A stretch of DNA of 64,000 bases from a virus. Taxonomy: Duplodnaviria > Heunggongvirae > Uroviricota > Caudoviricetes. The translations under genes and the position numbers were made by a program. Below, piece after piece: positions 6,687 to 16,916 of the stretch. The DNA is taken from positions 83,172 through 147,171 of the IMG/VR virus record IMGVR_UViG_3300045996_002451. One strand, written 5' to 3'. The notes under the pieces are model-generated. The model did not search any database and was not told where the DNA came from. It worked only from the letters and a program-made list of their open reading frames with translations. How positions within the stretch are numbered: position 1 is the stretch's first letter; the number at the start of each line of letters is the position of its first letter.

Positions 6687-8381
6687 TTGGCACTGAACCT
6701 TGCCTCCCTCCTGGCGCAGCTCCCTCCGGAGCAGGCTGCCGCCGTGCTGTGTAACCCCAAAGAGTTCGCGGAGACCTTTATCCGCAACCCGGACGGGACT
6801 CCCTTTACCGCGAACGACGTTCAGCGGCGGATCTTCAAAAGTCCGTACAACAAGAACGTCATTCGCGTGCATCGCCGCGCCGGGAAGTCGCACTCGTTCG
6901 CCATCATCATCCTGTACCACGCCCTGGTACGCCCCAACTGCAAGATCCTGGTCGTCGGCCCGATGGCCGTCCACGTCGAAGAAGTCTTCAAGAAGGTTCG
7001 TGACTTCATCGAAGCCAACGACTGGATCGCCCCGTACAAGGTCGTCGACTCCCAGAGCCCTAAGCAGAAACTTGAGTTTTCTAACGGCTCCCGGGTCACC
7101 GGTCTTACCACCGGGGTCAAGAGTAAGGGCGGGGCGCTTAGCGCGCGCGGTCAGGAAGCCGACGTGGTCCTGATCGACGAAGCTGCGTACCTGAACGAAT
7201 CGGACTGGGAATCGCTCAAAGCTATTCTTTCCGGAGACGCCTACCGTTCCGGTAAGGTGTTGGTCTATGTAGCATCCACTCCCGCGTTCACTCGCGGGAC
7301 TTATTACAAGCTGTGTAAAGACCCGAAGCGTAAAGATCCGACCAAGGGTAACTACTGGCACGAGATCTACCAGGACCTCAAAAGCAACCCGGATCCGCTC
7401 TGTACTCCTAAGTACAAGCAGGACTGTGAAAACGAGTGCACCACCGAGCTGGAGTGGACCAAGGAGTGGATGGCGGAGTTCCCAGAACTGGGACTCGGCA
7501 TCTTCCCGAAGAACCTGGTCGAGAAATGTCAGATTTCGATCATCTACGCAGAGCACTACGAACGGTGTGCCAACGAGGACCGCACCAAGCGCGCGGCCTC
7601 GCGCACGATCGGGGTCGACTGGGATAAGTTGAACCGCGACGGGCATGGACCCAACATTGCGGTGCTGGAAGCGCAAACAAGTGGGAACTATCGGGTAATC
7701 TATAGAGAAGAGATCCCTCAGAGTCAGTTCGCCTTGCATAAAGCGGTCGCGCGTGTGCAGGTGCTGAACGAGATCTTCCGCCCCGAATGGATCTACGTGG
7801 ACCGCGGTTACGGCGAGTACCAGGTGGAAGAGTTCCAACTGGCGGGTCAAGCCGATCCTTCTTCGGGCCTCGATACCAAAGTTGTGGGGATCAACTTCCG
7901 CAACATGATCGAGACCCCGATGCCGGGCGGTGGTCCGGTGGACCGCAAACCGTTCAAGCACGCCATGATTAACCTCATGCGGATGTGGTTTGAGCGGGGA
8001 CGCATCGAGATCTCGAAAGAAGACGAAGAGTTCTTCGAGCAGCTCCTCGGTTACGAGGTGGTTACCCAGACCGCCACGACCCTGACCTACTCCAGCGAGA
8101 ACGAGCACGCCATTGACGCCGTGGGCCTGGCTGCGATGGCCATGCATCACATGGTGAAGAACCCCTACGGGTTCCAGCAAGCCACGCAGATGCACGTCGT
8201 GGATGCGCCGCAAGCGGTTCCGGGTCATCTGGCTAAGGCGGTGACCCAGTACGGAACCGCGCGCGGACTACAGAGCCCACGCGAAACCACCCGTCAGTTT
8301 TTTGAGCACCTGGGAACCGACAACAGCTTCAGTCGTTCCCGTTTGGGAATGGCGCCTCCGGTACGTCGTTCCAGTCTTTGA
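6687..8381 (+). CDS. terL: Terminase large subunit
   Basis: Walker A HRRAGKS, Walker B VLIDEAA, motif III VASTP, RNase H-like nuclease IGVDW...IYVDRG...EHAIDAVGLA. Confidence 0.9.
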   Translation: MALNLASLLAQLPPEQAAAVLCNPKEFAETFIRNPDGTPFTANDVQRRIFKSPYNKNVIRVHRRAGKSHSFAIIILYHALVRPNCKILVVGPMAVHVEEVFKKVRDFIEANDWIAPYKVVDSQSPKQKLEFSNGSRVTGLTTGVKSKGGALSARGQEADVVLIDEAAYLNESDWESLKAILSGDAYRSGKVLVYVASTPAFTRGTYYKLCKDPKRKDPTKGNYWHEIYQDLKSNPDPLCTPKYKQDCENECTTELEWTKEWMAEFPELGLGIFPKNLVEKCQISIIYAEHYERCANEDRTKRAASRTIGVDWDKLNRDGHGPNIAVLEAQTSGNYRVIYREEIPQSQFALHKAVARVQVLNEIFRPEWIYVDRGYGEYQVEEFQLAGQADPSSGLDTKVVGINFRNMIETPMPGGGPVDRKPFKHAMINLMRMWFERGRIEISKEDEEFFEQLLGYEVVTQTATTLTYSSENEHAIDAVGLAAMAMHHMVKNPYGFQQATQMHVVDAPQAVPGHLAKAVTQYGTARGLQSPRETTRQFFEHLGTDNSFSRSRLGMAPPVRRSSL

Positions 8382-8395
8382 TGTTGGAGTAGCGC

Positions 8396-9730
8396 GTGTC
8401 TTTTAACTTCGAACAGCTTCTGAAGCGCCCGCGCGTCGAAAAGCCAAACGAAGAGTTCGAGCTTCCCCCTCCGGAACCGGTAGTTCGACCTGACATTCCG
8501 GAGGTCGGTAGCGAGACTCCCGCGGCGCTTCCCAACCTGATCGAAGAGCTGTACGACGAAGCCGCACGGATGCAGGAACTGTACCAGTTGGTGGTGGAAA
8601 CCGCCGAACCGGTAGAGGTTCCGGTACCGGTGCAGGACCAGCCCCTTCTGGGACAGGTCATCACCAGCGCCGATTACATCCACCACCTGAAAGACCGCTC
8701 GCCTAAAGGCAAGCGCCTGCGTCAGACGTTTGAGGATGGGATCCTCCAGCAGTCCGGTTGCGGCGTCAGTCCGCACTGGCCCCTGCTTACGTCAGGCCGC
8801 ATGCTCTCTTTCCAGGATGGGCTGATCGGTGCTGCGCAGGCGCTGGAAGGTGGACTGCTGGCGGGGGTAGAGCAGGACATTGCTCAGGATGCGGCGCGTA
8901 AGCGCGCTGAAGCTCCCAGCGATCCCAGTGCGCAGATCAATCGCGCCTTGATCGATCAAAGTCGCATCTACCGCAGCAAGTTTGCGCAGACCTTGGGCAC
9001 GTTTGCTACCGATCTTTCCGGGGACGTCTTTCGCTGCCTGTTTGCTCCAGCTAACCTGCACGCCCTGACCGAGATCCGTCCGATGTTGACGGAGATCCGC
9101 AGCACCTTGTACCTGCTCAAGCAGTGGTTGTGCACCGCGATGCTGCTCCGGCTATTCGAGTACCAGAAGGTACGAGACGCCTTGCAGACGCTGCTGGATC
9201 AGATGCTCTTCGAGATGTTCTTGCAAGCGCTGTCTCTCCTGGTGGAACGGGCGCAAAGTGCGGTAATCGACCCGCTGCTCAGCAAGCTCACGGGACCGGT
9301 AATGACCAGTCATCCGGAGTGCGACCTGCTGGCGATGGTGGGCAGCCGGGCCGCGCGGACGCTCTCGGAAACGATTTACGGCTCCATCTGGAGCGTGACC
9401 AATTACTACAACGAGATCCTTTCCGACATCCTGCGGGAGTCGCAGAACCGTACCCGCGGCGCGCTCGACGAGCTGCAGGTATTGGGAGAGCGCAACTCGA
9501 TTGGTCGCTGGATCCTGCACCTGGAAGAAGCCATCCAGATGTGCGATCAGATCCTCAATAGTGTGGGCAGCTTGGACCGGGCGCAAGAGATCCTGAACCG
9601 CTTTGTGCGCCGTTCCTTGCCGAGTACGAACAGTGCGTTGTATACGCGAGCCGTGAATCACCCGGAGTACCAGGATGCGGTACAGAGTGGTTTTCAGTTC
9701 CGCATGTTGCAAGGGGACTCCACCTTATGA
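8396..9730 (+). CDS. Hypothetical helical protein
   Basis: 444-aa ORF with phage-like codon usage between TerL and portal; GGAG RBS. Confidence 0.7.
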   Translation: MSFNFEQLLKRPRVEKPNEEFELPPPEPVVRPDIPEVGSETPAALPNLIEELYDEAARMQELYQLVVETAEPVEVPVPVQDQPLLGQVITSADYIHHLKDRSPKGKRLRQTFEDGILQQSGCGVSPHWPLLTSGRMLSFQDGLIGAAQALEGGLLAGVEQDIAQDAARKRAEAPSDPSAQINRALIDQSRIYRSKFAQTLGTFATDLSGDVFRCLFAPANLHALTEIRPMLTEIRSTLYLLKQWLCTAMLLRLFEYQKVRDALQTLLDQMLFEMFLQALSLLVERAQSAVIDPLLSKLTGPVMTSHPECDLLAMVGSRAARTLSETIYGSIWSVTNYYNEILSDILRESQNRTRGALDELQVLGERNSIGRWILHLEEAIQMCDQILNSVGSLDRAQEILNRFVRRSLPSTNSALYTRAVNHPEYQDAVQSGFQFRMLQGDSTL

Positions 9731-10236
9731 AGTCAGCTTCGATGGTGTTAATGGATCAGCTTTTGAGCCCGGACTATTGGTGGGACTGGGCTAAGTTGGG
9801 ACCGGTACGCCGTTTGTACCGCTACCACGTCCGCCAGCGGGCACGTCGTAGGATCGCGGTCTGGCACCAAACTGTTCTCGAGACCTTCGTACGCGACGTG
9901 TTCCGCCCGGATGTACCGTTTGTGTTGGACGCTGCCTTTTCCTGGCTATTTGATCGGCGTACGGAACTCAGCACCCCGCGACGACTCGACCTGTTTCTTC
10001 CCGAAGTTCCCCTGGCCATCGATATCCTGGGACCGGAGTATGCAGAGACCTGGCCCGACGCGGAAGAGTATGTGGAACGCGAGGAATGGGAAGCTCTCCA
10101 GGCGGCGCAAGCCCGTCGCCGCCAGATTATGAAGCACCACCGCTGCCCTTATCTGGAAGTGCGCCACGGGGAGCTGGTCAACGTTTCCAGTCTCAAAGAG
10201 CGGATCAGTATTCTTTCTGAAAGCCGCTACGCTTAA
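9727..10236 (+). CDS. DUF559/Vsr-like endonuclease-fold protein (possibly degenerate)
   Basis: RRLDLFLPEVPLAIDILGPEY...RRRQIMKHHRCPYLEV resembles the very-short-patch endonuclease pattern; ATGA overlap with previous gene. Confidence 0.45.
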   Translation: MKSASMVLMDQLLSPDYWWDWAKLGPVRRLYRYHVRQRARRRIAVWHQTVLETFVRDVFRPDVPFVLDAAFSWLFDRRTELSTPRRLDLFLPEVPLAIDILGPEYAETWPDAEEYVEREEWEALQAAQARRRQIMKHHRCPYLEVRHGELVNVSSLKERISILSESRYA

Positions 10237-10262
10237 CGCCCCTAAGGCGTCCTGAAGGTTAA

Positions 10263-11735
10263 TTGATGCCTGACACTGCCGAGCTGCTGGAACGAACCGG
10301 CTTCGCTGCGATCGATCGTGCAGAAGCACCCCGGGCGCCCAAGACGCTGGCCGGAATCACGGTGATCAGCGACCCGACGGGAACTCCTTCGATCAACCGC
10401 ATGCACTGCTTTGACGGTGACCGCGGTAATAAGGTGGCGTACCGTGACATCGACAAAGCCTGGAATGTCGACTCCTACTTCCGCCAGGGAGTAGACAAGT
10501 ACGTCGAGCTGTGTTTCATTCGCGGCTGGCGTTACGACTGCGAAACCGACGAGCCGGTAGCGTACTTGCGCCGACGTTTCCAGTTGATGGGTATCATGAC
10601 CCGTAAGCCTTGGGATATTTTGATCGCCGAGGTGCTGGACGACGTTACCAAGTATGCAAACTGCTACCTGGTAAAAAAGCGTGGTTCCCTTTCCCAGCCG
10701 ATCCCCGGTATTCCCAGTCAAGGCGTACTTGGCAACGCGAACCCGATCCTCGGTTACTTCCGTGCAGATCCCAAGCGGCTCTGTCCGGAGTTCTCTCCCG
10801 ACGGAAAACGGTTGATCCGTTACCGGTACACCCTGCCGACCGGCAAGCTTTCCTATTTCAAAGCCAACGACGTCGTCCACTTCACGCGCAGCGTGCAAGC
10901 AGGAGACGCACTCGGTAACAGTCATCTTGGCCCGGTGCTGGATGACGTCAAGACTTACCGCCAGTGCGAAGAGTACGTCATTCGGCTGCTTTACAAGCAC
11001 CTGAACCCGTTGCTCCACCACGAAGTGCCGGAGCGCACGCCGGGTTACGGGGCAGCGCAGGGCGACGTGGATGCGGCGGCTTGGAGCCACGCGTTCATCG
11101 CGCCGGACGGGATGGTAGTTACTCCTCCCGGACACAAGATTAGCATGATCGGCGCGGAGAGCCGCGCGCTTCGCGGTGAGGGCTACATGGACCTCCTGAA
11201 GAAGCGCCTCTTCGCAGGCCTGGGTGTCTCGCAGGTCGCCATGGGCGAAGGCGAAACCTCTACGGCAGGCTCTGCTGACGCGCAGACCGCGACCATGCAC
11301 AACAAGGCACACTTTATCCAGTCGGTGCTGGCCTCTCAGTTGACGGAGTACATCTTATTTGAACTCCTGATGGAAGGCGGTTACGATCCCACCGCGGAGC
11401 TGGACAAAGTCACCTGGTCCTGGAATGACTTCGAGATCGAGACACGAATCAAGATCGAGAACAATGAAGTTCAGAAGTACACCAACGGGCTAACTACCCG
11501 GACTCGTGCGCTACGCCGCATGGGTGAGCGTCCTTTTGCGGATAGCGAACAGGAAGACACCTACGTTTACCTGGTTACGATTCCTGCTGAAGAGGCACGC
11601 GCGGAAGGGCAGGCTTCAATTGCTGCCGCACGGGGAACCGCTTCCGCTACCGGTCCAGCTAAGCAAGTAGCTAGCCGGAACAAACCTTCTAATCAGCATG
11701 GTGCGCGTAGTGCACCTAAGGTCCGCCCCAAGTAG
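10263..11735 (+). CDS. Portal protein
   Basis: 490 aa; DDVTKYANCYLVKKR, NDVVHF, LFAGLGVSQVAMG, IQSVLASQLTEYILFELL; position after TerL and before protease. Confidence 0.85.
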   Translation: MMPDTAELLERTGFAAIDRAEAPRAPKTLAGITVISDPTGTPSINRMHCFDGDRGNKVAYRDIDKAWNVDSYFRQGVDKYVELCFIRGWRYDCETDEPVAYLRRRFQLMGIMTRKPWDILIAEVLDDVTKYANCYLVKKRGSLSQPIPGIPSQGVLGNANPILGYFRADPKRLCPEFSPDGKRLIRYRYTLPTGKLSYFKANDVVHFTRSVQAGDALGNSHLGPVLDDVKTYRQCEEYVIRLLYKHLNPLLHHEVPERTPGYGAAQGDVDAAAWSHAFIAPDGMVVTPPGHKISMIGAESRALRGEGYMDLLKKRLFAGLGVSQVAMGEGETSTAGSADAQTATMHNKAHFIQSVLASQLTEYILFELLMEGGYDPTAELDKVTWSWNDFEIETRIKIENNEVQKYTNGLTTRTRALRRMGERPFADSEQEDTYVYLVTIPAEEARAEGQASIAAARGTASATGPAKQVASRNKPSNQHGARSAPKVRPK

Positions 11736-11747
11736 TAAGGACCCCGG

Positions 11748-12209
11748 ATGCTTGCCCTTATGCAAATGGTCCCTTCGGTACCGCAAGGTGCCCTAGGGAT
11801 GGTCAACCTTGGCACGGTCGTTCAAGTCCTCTTCTTTGCCGTAATCTGCGTCTGCGCAGTAGCGACACTCGTGCTCCAAACCCGACGAGCCCGCGTATCG
11901 GTGGCACACGAAGAGGCGAACGCCTGGAAAAGCCTCGCTCAAGCACGCGCAGAAGAGATGACCAATCTCTGCCGCCGCGTTACCGATATGGAAACGCGGG
12001 TTGCGGATCTGCGCCGTGAAAACGAAGAGCTGCGAACCCTTAATATTTCCCTCCAACGTGAGAACGCCGAACTGCGACACCGAGTCGATGAGCTGGAGCG
12101 ACTGGTGCGCGAGCGCCGCGAGCTGGCGCAAGAAAACTCTGAGTTCCGCGAAGAGATTCGGCGCCTCAAGTCCCTGATTCGGGAACGAGAAACCTCCAAT
12201 GAAGACTAG
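11748..12209 (+). CDS. Membrane-anchored coiled-coil protein (possible lysis accessory)
   Basis: N-terminal TM (VVQVLFFAVICVCAVATLVL) followed by long heptad repeats. Confidence 0.55.
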   Translation: MLALMQMVPSVPQGALGMVNLGTVVQVLFFAVICVCAVATLVLQTRRARVSVAHEEANAWKSLAQARAEEMTNLCRRVTDMETRVADLRRENEELRTLNISLQRENAELRHRVDELERLVRERRELAQENSEFREEIRRLKSLIRERETSNED

Positions 12210-12993
12210 TGGTCCTTGCCATACGGGACGGTTAAACGAGGAGATCTGCTCCTTTAACCTACCGAGCCGTTTGACGGAAGGGTACCTCTCGGAGAGTGAC
12301 CAGGTAATGCCCTCCGTCATCTTTCCAGAGATCCGGGTGATCACCGCCGACAAGATCACCCAGAACAAAACGTTCTACGCCGCGGAATCTCTGCGCAAGG
12401 GGCTGGGTTCTTTTGTTCGTCCCTACCCGATCCCGGTGATCAAGGACCATGACACTTCGGACAACAGCAACGTCTATGGCCGTATCGCCAAGAAGCCGCA
12501 GCTAATCTCCGAAGGAAACGTCTCCTACATCCGCGCCATCGCGACGATCACTCATCAAGAAGCGATCGAAGCGGTGATGTCCGGGCGCTGGCTGACGGTC
12601 TCCTTGGGAAGCCGCACGGAAAGCGTGCACTGTTCCATCTGCGAGACTGAGCTTACCAAGGAATGGTGCGAGCACATTCGCGGCGAGCAGTACGACGTCG
12701 GCAAAAAGAAGCAGATGGCGTACTGGAAGATCGGTCCGATCACCGCCAAGGAAGTCTCCTTCGTCATCAACCCTTCCGATAACGAAGCGGGCGTGACCAA
12801 CGCCAACACCCAGACCGAAGCGGCCCGGGGCGGACGGCAAGAGTGCGGCGCCGGAGCTGTTACACGGGTAATCGTCGGGAACGAAAAGGGGCTGTTCGAT
12901 CTGGTAACAGGCAGCCTCATTCGGGAGAGTGCGTTCCTCCCGAGCCAATCTCCTGCCGCCCAGTGTGGCAACTTCCAGTTCCTCGGGTTCTAG
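12199..12993 (+). CDS. Prohead (capsid maturation) protease
   Basis: PVIKDHD (His), WLTVSLGS (Ser), CSIC..CEH insert, EVSFVINPSD; follows portal. Confidence 0.8.
   Translation: MKTSGPCHTGRLNEEICSFNLPSRLTEGYLSESDQVMPSVIFPEIRVITADKITQNKTFYAAESLRKGLGSFVRPYPIPVIKDHDTSDNSNVYGRIAKKPQLISEGNVSYIRAIATITHQEAIEAVMSGRWLTVSLGSRTESVHCSICETELTKEWCEHIRGEQYDVGKKKQMAYWKIGPITAKEVSFVINPSDNEAGVTNANTQTEAARGGRQECGAGAVTRVIVGNEKGLFDLVTGSLIRESAFLPSQSPAAQCGNFQFLGF
12858..12873. promoter_or_regulatory. Motif A copy, 1 mismatch (TGTTACACGGGTAATC), inside protease CDS
   Basis: 13/14 match to GTTACACGGGTAAC. Confidence 0.6.
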
Positions 12994-12996
12994 CGT

Positions 12997-13012
12997 GTAT
13001 CACGCGTCATAC
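12997..13012. promoter_or_regulatory. Motif B copy (GTATCACGCGTCATAC; 1 mismatch)
   Basis: 3 nt after the protease stop, upstream of the scaffold gene. Confidence 0.75.
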
Positions 13013-13038
13013 GAACCTCCCCTCTTGAAAGGACGCCC

Positions 13039-14082
13039 ATGAAGACCTATGCCGTAAAGGCTGTGGATCAGACGTACCGGGTGCAGCTCGGTGTCTACCC
13101 TTTGCCGGAGAACAGCACCGAACTGACTACGGTACTGTCCCACATCGAAGCGATGCCGCACACCGCGGAAGAGCGCACTGACATTCTGCGGGTAGTTGCC
13201 GCACACGTTTCCGCGAACTTCTCCAAGAAGGATGCGACCGAAGCGTTTGCGGGCGGACTCGTGGAGTTCAAGGATGAGCAGTTCGAAAGCGAGCTGGAGG
13301 CGGTTGAGATCGCCCTGGATGAGCACAACTATGCGCTCGTTTACAGCGCGGTGCAGTACGCGCCCGGCAGCACCGGACCAGTTTCTATGCTCGCTCCAAA
13401 AGCTGCGGAAGAAACCGGTGATACTGATATTGTAGAGTCCACGGAAGAAGTAACGGCAGAAGCCGAAACGGAAGCAACCGAAGACACCCAGGAATCGGGC
13501 GATGCGTCCGAAACTACAACGTCCACCGAGTCCCAGGAAGATCCGCTAGCAGCTCAAGTTGACGCGCTCCGCGTCGAGTTCGCTGCCAAGCTGGACGCGA
13601 TCCTCGAAACGGCCAAGCCGAAGGATCCGGAAGTCCTGGAGACCGAGACTCCCGCTCTGTCTGAAACCGAGCGCAAGCTCGCTGAAGCCGAAACCTCCGT
13701 CAAGAAGGCCGTAGCTTCCAGCGTAGCGCTCTACATGAAGACGCTCAAGAAGCCGCAGGCTCGCGACAAGTCCACCGAAGCTCTGATTACCGAGCTAATG
13801 GCCAAGTCGCTGGATGTCCTTCAGGATCGCCTGGAGACCTTGACCGCAGAAGCTGCTGCCGGTCCCATCGCGACGCCCGATCAGCTTCCTACTGTTTCTG
13901 ACCCGACTCTGGGCACCGAAACGGACACCCCTTCATCGATGGACCCGAGCAAGCTCCAGTCCGAGATCGAAGAGAGCGAAGACACTGACGAAGTGTTCAT
14001 CATCGACACCTCCAGTGCGCTAGACGAGCTGTTCAAGGACAACCAAGGCTCCAAGGCTTTCGACGCCGCGGGCCTGCTCTAG
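13039..14082 (+). CDS. Putative capsid scaffolding protein
   Basis: Very acidic, Glu/Thr-rich linker plus coiled coil; between protease and capsid genes; AAAGGA RBS. Confidence 0.6.
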   Translation: MKTYAVKAVDQTYRVQLGVYPLPENSTELTTVLSHIEAMPHTAEERTDILRVVAAHVSANFSKKDATEAFAGGLVEFKDEQFESELEAVEIALDEHNYALVYSAVQYAPGSTGPVSMLAPKAAEETGDTDIVESTEEVTAEAETEATEDTQESGDASETTTSTESQEDPLAAQVDALRVEFAAKLDAILETAKPKDPEVLETETPALSETERKLAEAETSVKKAVASSVALYMKTLKKPQARDKSTEALITELMAKSLDVLQDRLETLTAEAAAGPIATPDQLPTVSDPTLGTETDTPSSMDPSKLQSEIEESEDTDEVFIIDTSSALDELFKDNQGSKAFDAAGLL

Positions 14083-14147
14083 CCTCGAAACTGGGACCTA
14101 TTACGGTCCCACTCCCTTAACCTGATCCTCTTAGGAGAAGCAGAGAC

Positions 14148-15494
14148 ATGAACGACGCCCTTTACCTGGGTATCAATGGCCCCAACAGCCAGCGCTTCAG
14201 TGCTGGTCACCGCCTGGGCCAGGTTGCCTACACCCCGATCGAACTCGATCTGGACACCAGCCTCCCGACCCTCGGCCAGGATGCCAACAACAACTACCTG
14301 AACCGGGACTACATCGTGATCCCGCATGGCCGCATCGTCGGTCTGCGCCCGCGTGACCTGACGGACAAGGATCGCAAGTCGATCCTGACCATGGCCAACG
14401 GGGTCGATCCGCTGAACGCTCCTACGTTCGCCAAGTACAGCTCCACCCCGTTCGGGTATGCGCCTTACCACCTTTTCAAAGGTTTCCGCGGTCTTCCGGC
14501 TGACGCGCCGCTCGGCGTGCGCCACGAGACCATCTCGATGCCGTACACCTCGGCCAACGAGTCGTACAACCTGAGCACCAACGGTGGAAGCCGCCTGGTC
14601 GTGGGTGAGTACGTGATGCCGTACTACGGTTCGAAGGACAAGCAGGCTGCCAACGCCGTGCACACCGGTAAAATGGTGCGCTACATCGGTCGCCACGTCA
14701 TCAAGACCGTGGCCGGTACCGCCTCCGCTCAGGTCCTCCTGGACGCGAAGTTCCCGGCGTTCCTGCCGACCGTTCTGTACGCGTACGACGCCTCCGGCGC
14801 CGTTTACACGGGTACCGAACCGACCCTTTCCTACGTGGAAGCGTCCGGTAAGTGGAAGGCCACCTTCGCCACCGCCGTCAAGGGCGTCGTGTTCGAGTAC
14901 GGTGCTTCCGACCAGCAGCGCATCGGTCAGATCATGGGGATCGAACCGGTCGGCACTGCCGGGGGCATCAACGGCAGCACGCACGAACAGACCGGTTGGT
15001 TCAAGTGGGTGCAGACCAACTACGGCGCGTGGGAGTTCCCGCTGATCCTCAACCGCATGGCCTCGACGGCAGTGACGGATGAAGCGGTCACGGTAACCGA
15101 CAACGCCGGTACGCTGGCTTACGCTCCTGTGATCCCGTTCAAGACCGTGACTGTCAAGGTGACCGGTACTCGCTACGAGACCGACGGCACTGAGACCGCA
15201 CTGACGGACGAAGTCCTCACCCCGATGGACGAGGCGTTCTTCGGCGACGTGATCCGTGGTACCGAGTACAGCATCGACATCCTCACGGGTGCGATCGAGT
15301 TCACCGGCAACCTGGACGTGGATAGCGCCAAGGTGACCTACTCCTACGAAGGCGACTTCCGCAACGGAATCACCTGGGACGCGCAGGGCATCTTCGGTCT
15401 GACCGACGGTTCCGGTCCTTCCGGCATCACCGGCATCCAGCCGCACCTCGACGTCGTTGGCGTCTACGGCGAGCTTCGGGTCGCGATCCTCTAA
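14148..15494 (+). CDS. Head decoration / capsid-associated structural protein
   Basis: 448 aa, strongly biased (high-expression) codons, immediately upstream of major capsid gene. Confidence 0.6.
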   Translation: MNDALYLGINGPNSQRFSAGHRLGQVAYTPIELDLDTSLPTLGQDANNNYLNRDYIVIPHGRIVGLRPRDLTDKDRKSILTMANGVDPLNAPTFAKYSSTPFGYAPYHLFKGFRGLPADAPLGVRHETISMPYTSANESYNLSTNGGSRLVVGEYVMPYYGSKDKQAANAVHTGKMVRYIGRHVIKTVAGTASAQVLLDAKFPAFLPTVLYAYDASGAVYTGTEPTLSYVEASGKWKATFATAVKGVVFEYGASDQQRIGQIMGIEPVGTAGGINGSTHEQTGWFKWVQTNYGAWEFPLILNRMASTAVTDEAVTVTDNAGTLAYAPVIPFKTVTVKVTGTRYETDGTETALTDEVLTPMDEAFFGDVIRGTEYSIDILTGAIEFTGNLDVDSAKVTYSYEGDFRNGITWDAQGIFGLTDGSGPSGITGIQPHLDVVGVYGELRVAIL

Positions 15495-15516
15495 CCGCGG
15501 CGTCCGCCGCACTGTG

Positions 15517-15575
15517 GAGAGCGGAGCGGGGAGAGTGAGGCCCAGCCTCCTCCCCGCCCCACTCACCCCGCTCTC
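15517..15575 (+). other. Long imperfect RNA hairpin in the major capsid leader
   Basis: GAGAGCGG/CCGCTCTC, GCGGGGAG/CTCCCCGC and GAGGC/GCCTC nested pairings. Confidence 0.55.
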
Positions 15576-15612
15576 AACTCTCTACCAACTCCATTTTTAG
15601 GAGATCCTCCCA

Positions 15613-16791
15613 ATGACGATTAAGGAACTCGCGGCGAAGTCCCTCCGCGAAGAACTGAAGCTGGCCTACGGCGCTCCGACCGAGTCGCTCAGCGAAGCGG
15701 ACCAGTACGAGCAGTACAAGCAGACCCAGAAGCTGCTTGAGCAGCTCATGAGCCCCGGCACCCATCGCCGTGTCCCCAAGGTCGACATGTCGGAAGCGGT
15801 GTTCGCCGCTGACTTCAAGCTCCTCTTCCCCAAGGTGGTTCAGTCCGTGATGCAGCGCCCGCAGGAGCCGCTGTTCCTCGGTCAGTCCCTCCTGGCGCGC
15901 ACGGTCCAGGTGGACGGCGCGAAGATCATGTCCTTCCCTTCGTTCGGCGTCATCCGCGCCTTCGAAGTGGCCGACGGACAAGAGTACCCGGAACAGGACC
16001 TGGCGTTCGCTTCGAACGCGACCGAGATCCGCACCAAGCGGTACGGTCTGAAGATCACCATTTCCCAGGAAGTCATCGACGAGTCCCAGTGGGACATCCT
16101 CGCGATGCACATCGAGGCCGCTGGCAACGCCATGAAGCGCCTCAAGGAAGAGAAGATCTTCGCTGAGTACGAAGCGCGCTCCGTCGTAGCTTTCGACAAC
16201 GAGGATACCGACACTTCCTACCACACCAGTGGTAAGGGCGCCGACGGTACCACCAAGAACGGTACCTTCTCCTACATGGACCTGATGGACATGCAGGCGG
16301 CGATGGTCAATAACGAGTACAACCCCACGGACCTGATCACCCACCCGATGGCGTGGTCCCTGTGGCAGCGTGACCCGATCCTTCGCTTCCAGCTCCTCCA
16401 CCGCGGCGGCGTCGGTGCGAACCTCGGCCCCGTGCCGAGCGACCTGAACCAGACCCCGGCCAACGTGCCGATGGGCTTCAACGTGGTGGTCTCCCCGTTC
16501 CAGACGATGGAACTGGACAAGACCCTCTCTGCCGGTGTAACGGGCCCTGGTGCCGGTAACTACACCAGCGTGACCATGGTGGACCGCAACTCCAGCATCC
16601 TGGTGCTCGAGCGCTCCCCGATGAACATCGCGCAGTGGGAAGACCCGATGCGAGACCTGATCACGATGCGCTTCGCGGAGAAGTACGGCCTGGCGCTCCT
16701 GAACGCCGGTCGCTCCAGCATCATCGCGAAGAACATCCGCGTCGACCTGAACGAAGAGCCGGTCTACACCATCAAGACGGTTTCCGTCTAA
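15613..16791 (+). CDS. Major capsid protein (HK97 fold)
   Basis: 392 aa; ATEIRTKRYGLKITISQEVIDESQWDILAMHIEAAGNAMKRLKE and ITMRFAEKYGLALLN patterns; AGGAG RBS; extreme codon bias. Confidence 0.88.
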   Translation: MTIKELAAKSLREELKLAYGAPTESLSEADQYEQYKQTQKLLEQLMSPGTHRRVPKVDMSEAVFAADFKLLFPKVVQSVMQRPQEPLFLGQSLLARTVQVDGAKIMSFPSFGVIRAFEVADGQEYPEQDLAFASNATEIRTKRYGLKITISQEVIDESQWDILAMHIEAAGNAMKRLKEEKIFAEYEARSVVAFDNEDTDTSYHTSGKGADGTTKNGTFSYMDLMDMQAAMVNNEYNPTDLITHPMAWSLWQRDPILRFQLLHRGGVGANLGPVPSDLNQTPANVPMGFNVVVSPFQTMELDKTLSAGVTGPGAGNYTSVTMVDRNSSILVLERSPMNIAQWEDPMRDLITMRFAEKYGLALLNAGRSSIIAKNIRVDLNEEPVYTIKTVSV

Positions 16792-16799
16792 CTTGGTCT

Positions 16800-16887
16800 G
16801 TGGGGAGGTAACCCTCCCCACCTTCGTTTCAAGAGGCAGTTACTGTCGTCTGGCGTAGCGCCGGGCCTGGCGGTAGCTGCCTCTTTT
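16800..16887 (+). terminator. Tandem hairpins / terminator after major capsid gene
   Basis: GTGGGGAG-GTAACC-CTCCCCAC, then AAGAGGCAGTTACTGTC...GGCGGTAGCTGCCTCTT-TT. Confidence 0.7.
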
Positions 16888-16916
16888 CATTTCAGTTAGC
16901 TGGTTAGGAACCACCC

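Noticed and set aside
6687-8381. Intein or intron in terminase, portal or capsid genes
   Set aside because: Lengths are normal and no splice-junction (C...HN) or homing-endonuclease motifs were seen.
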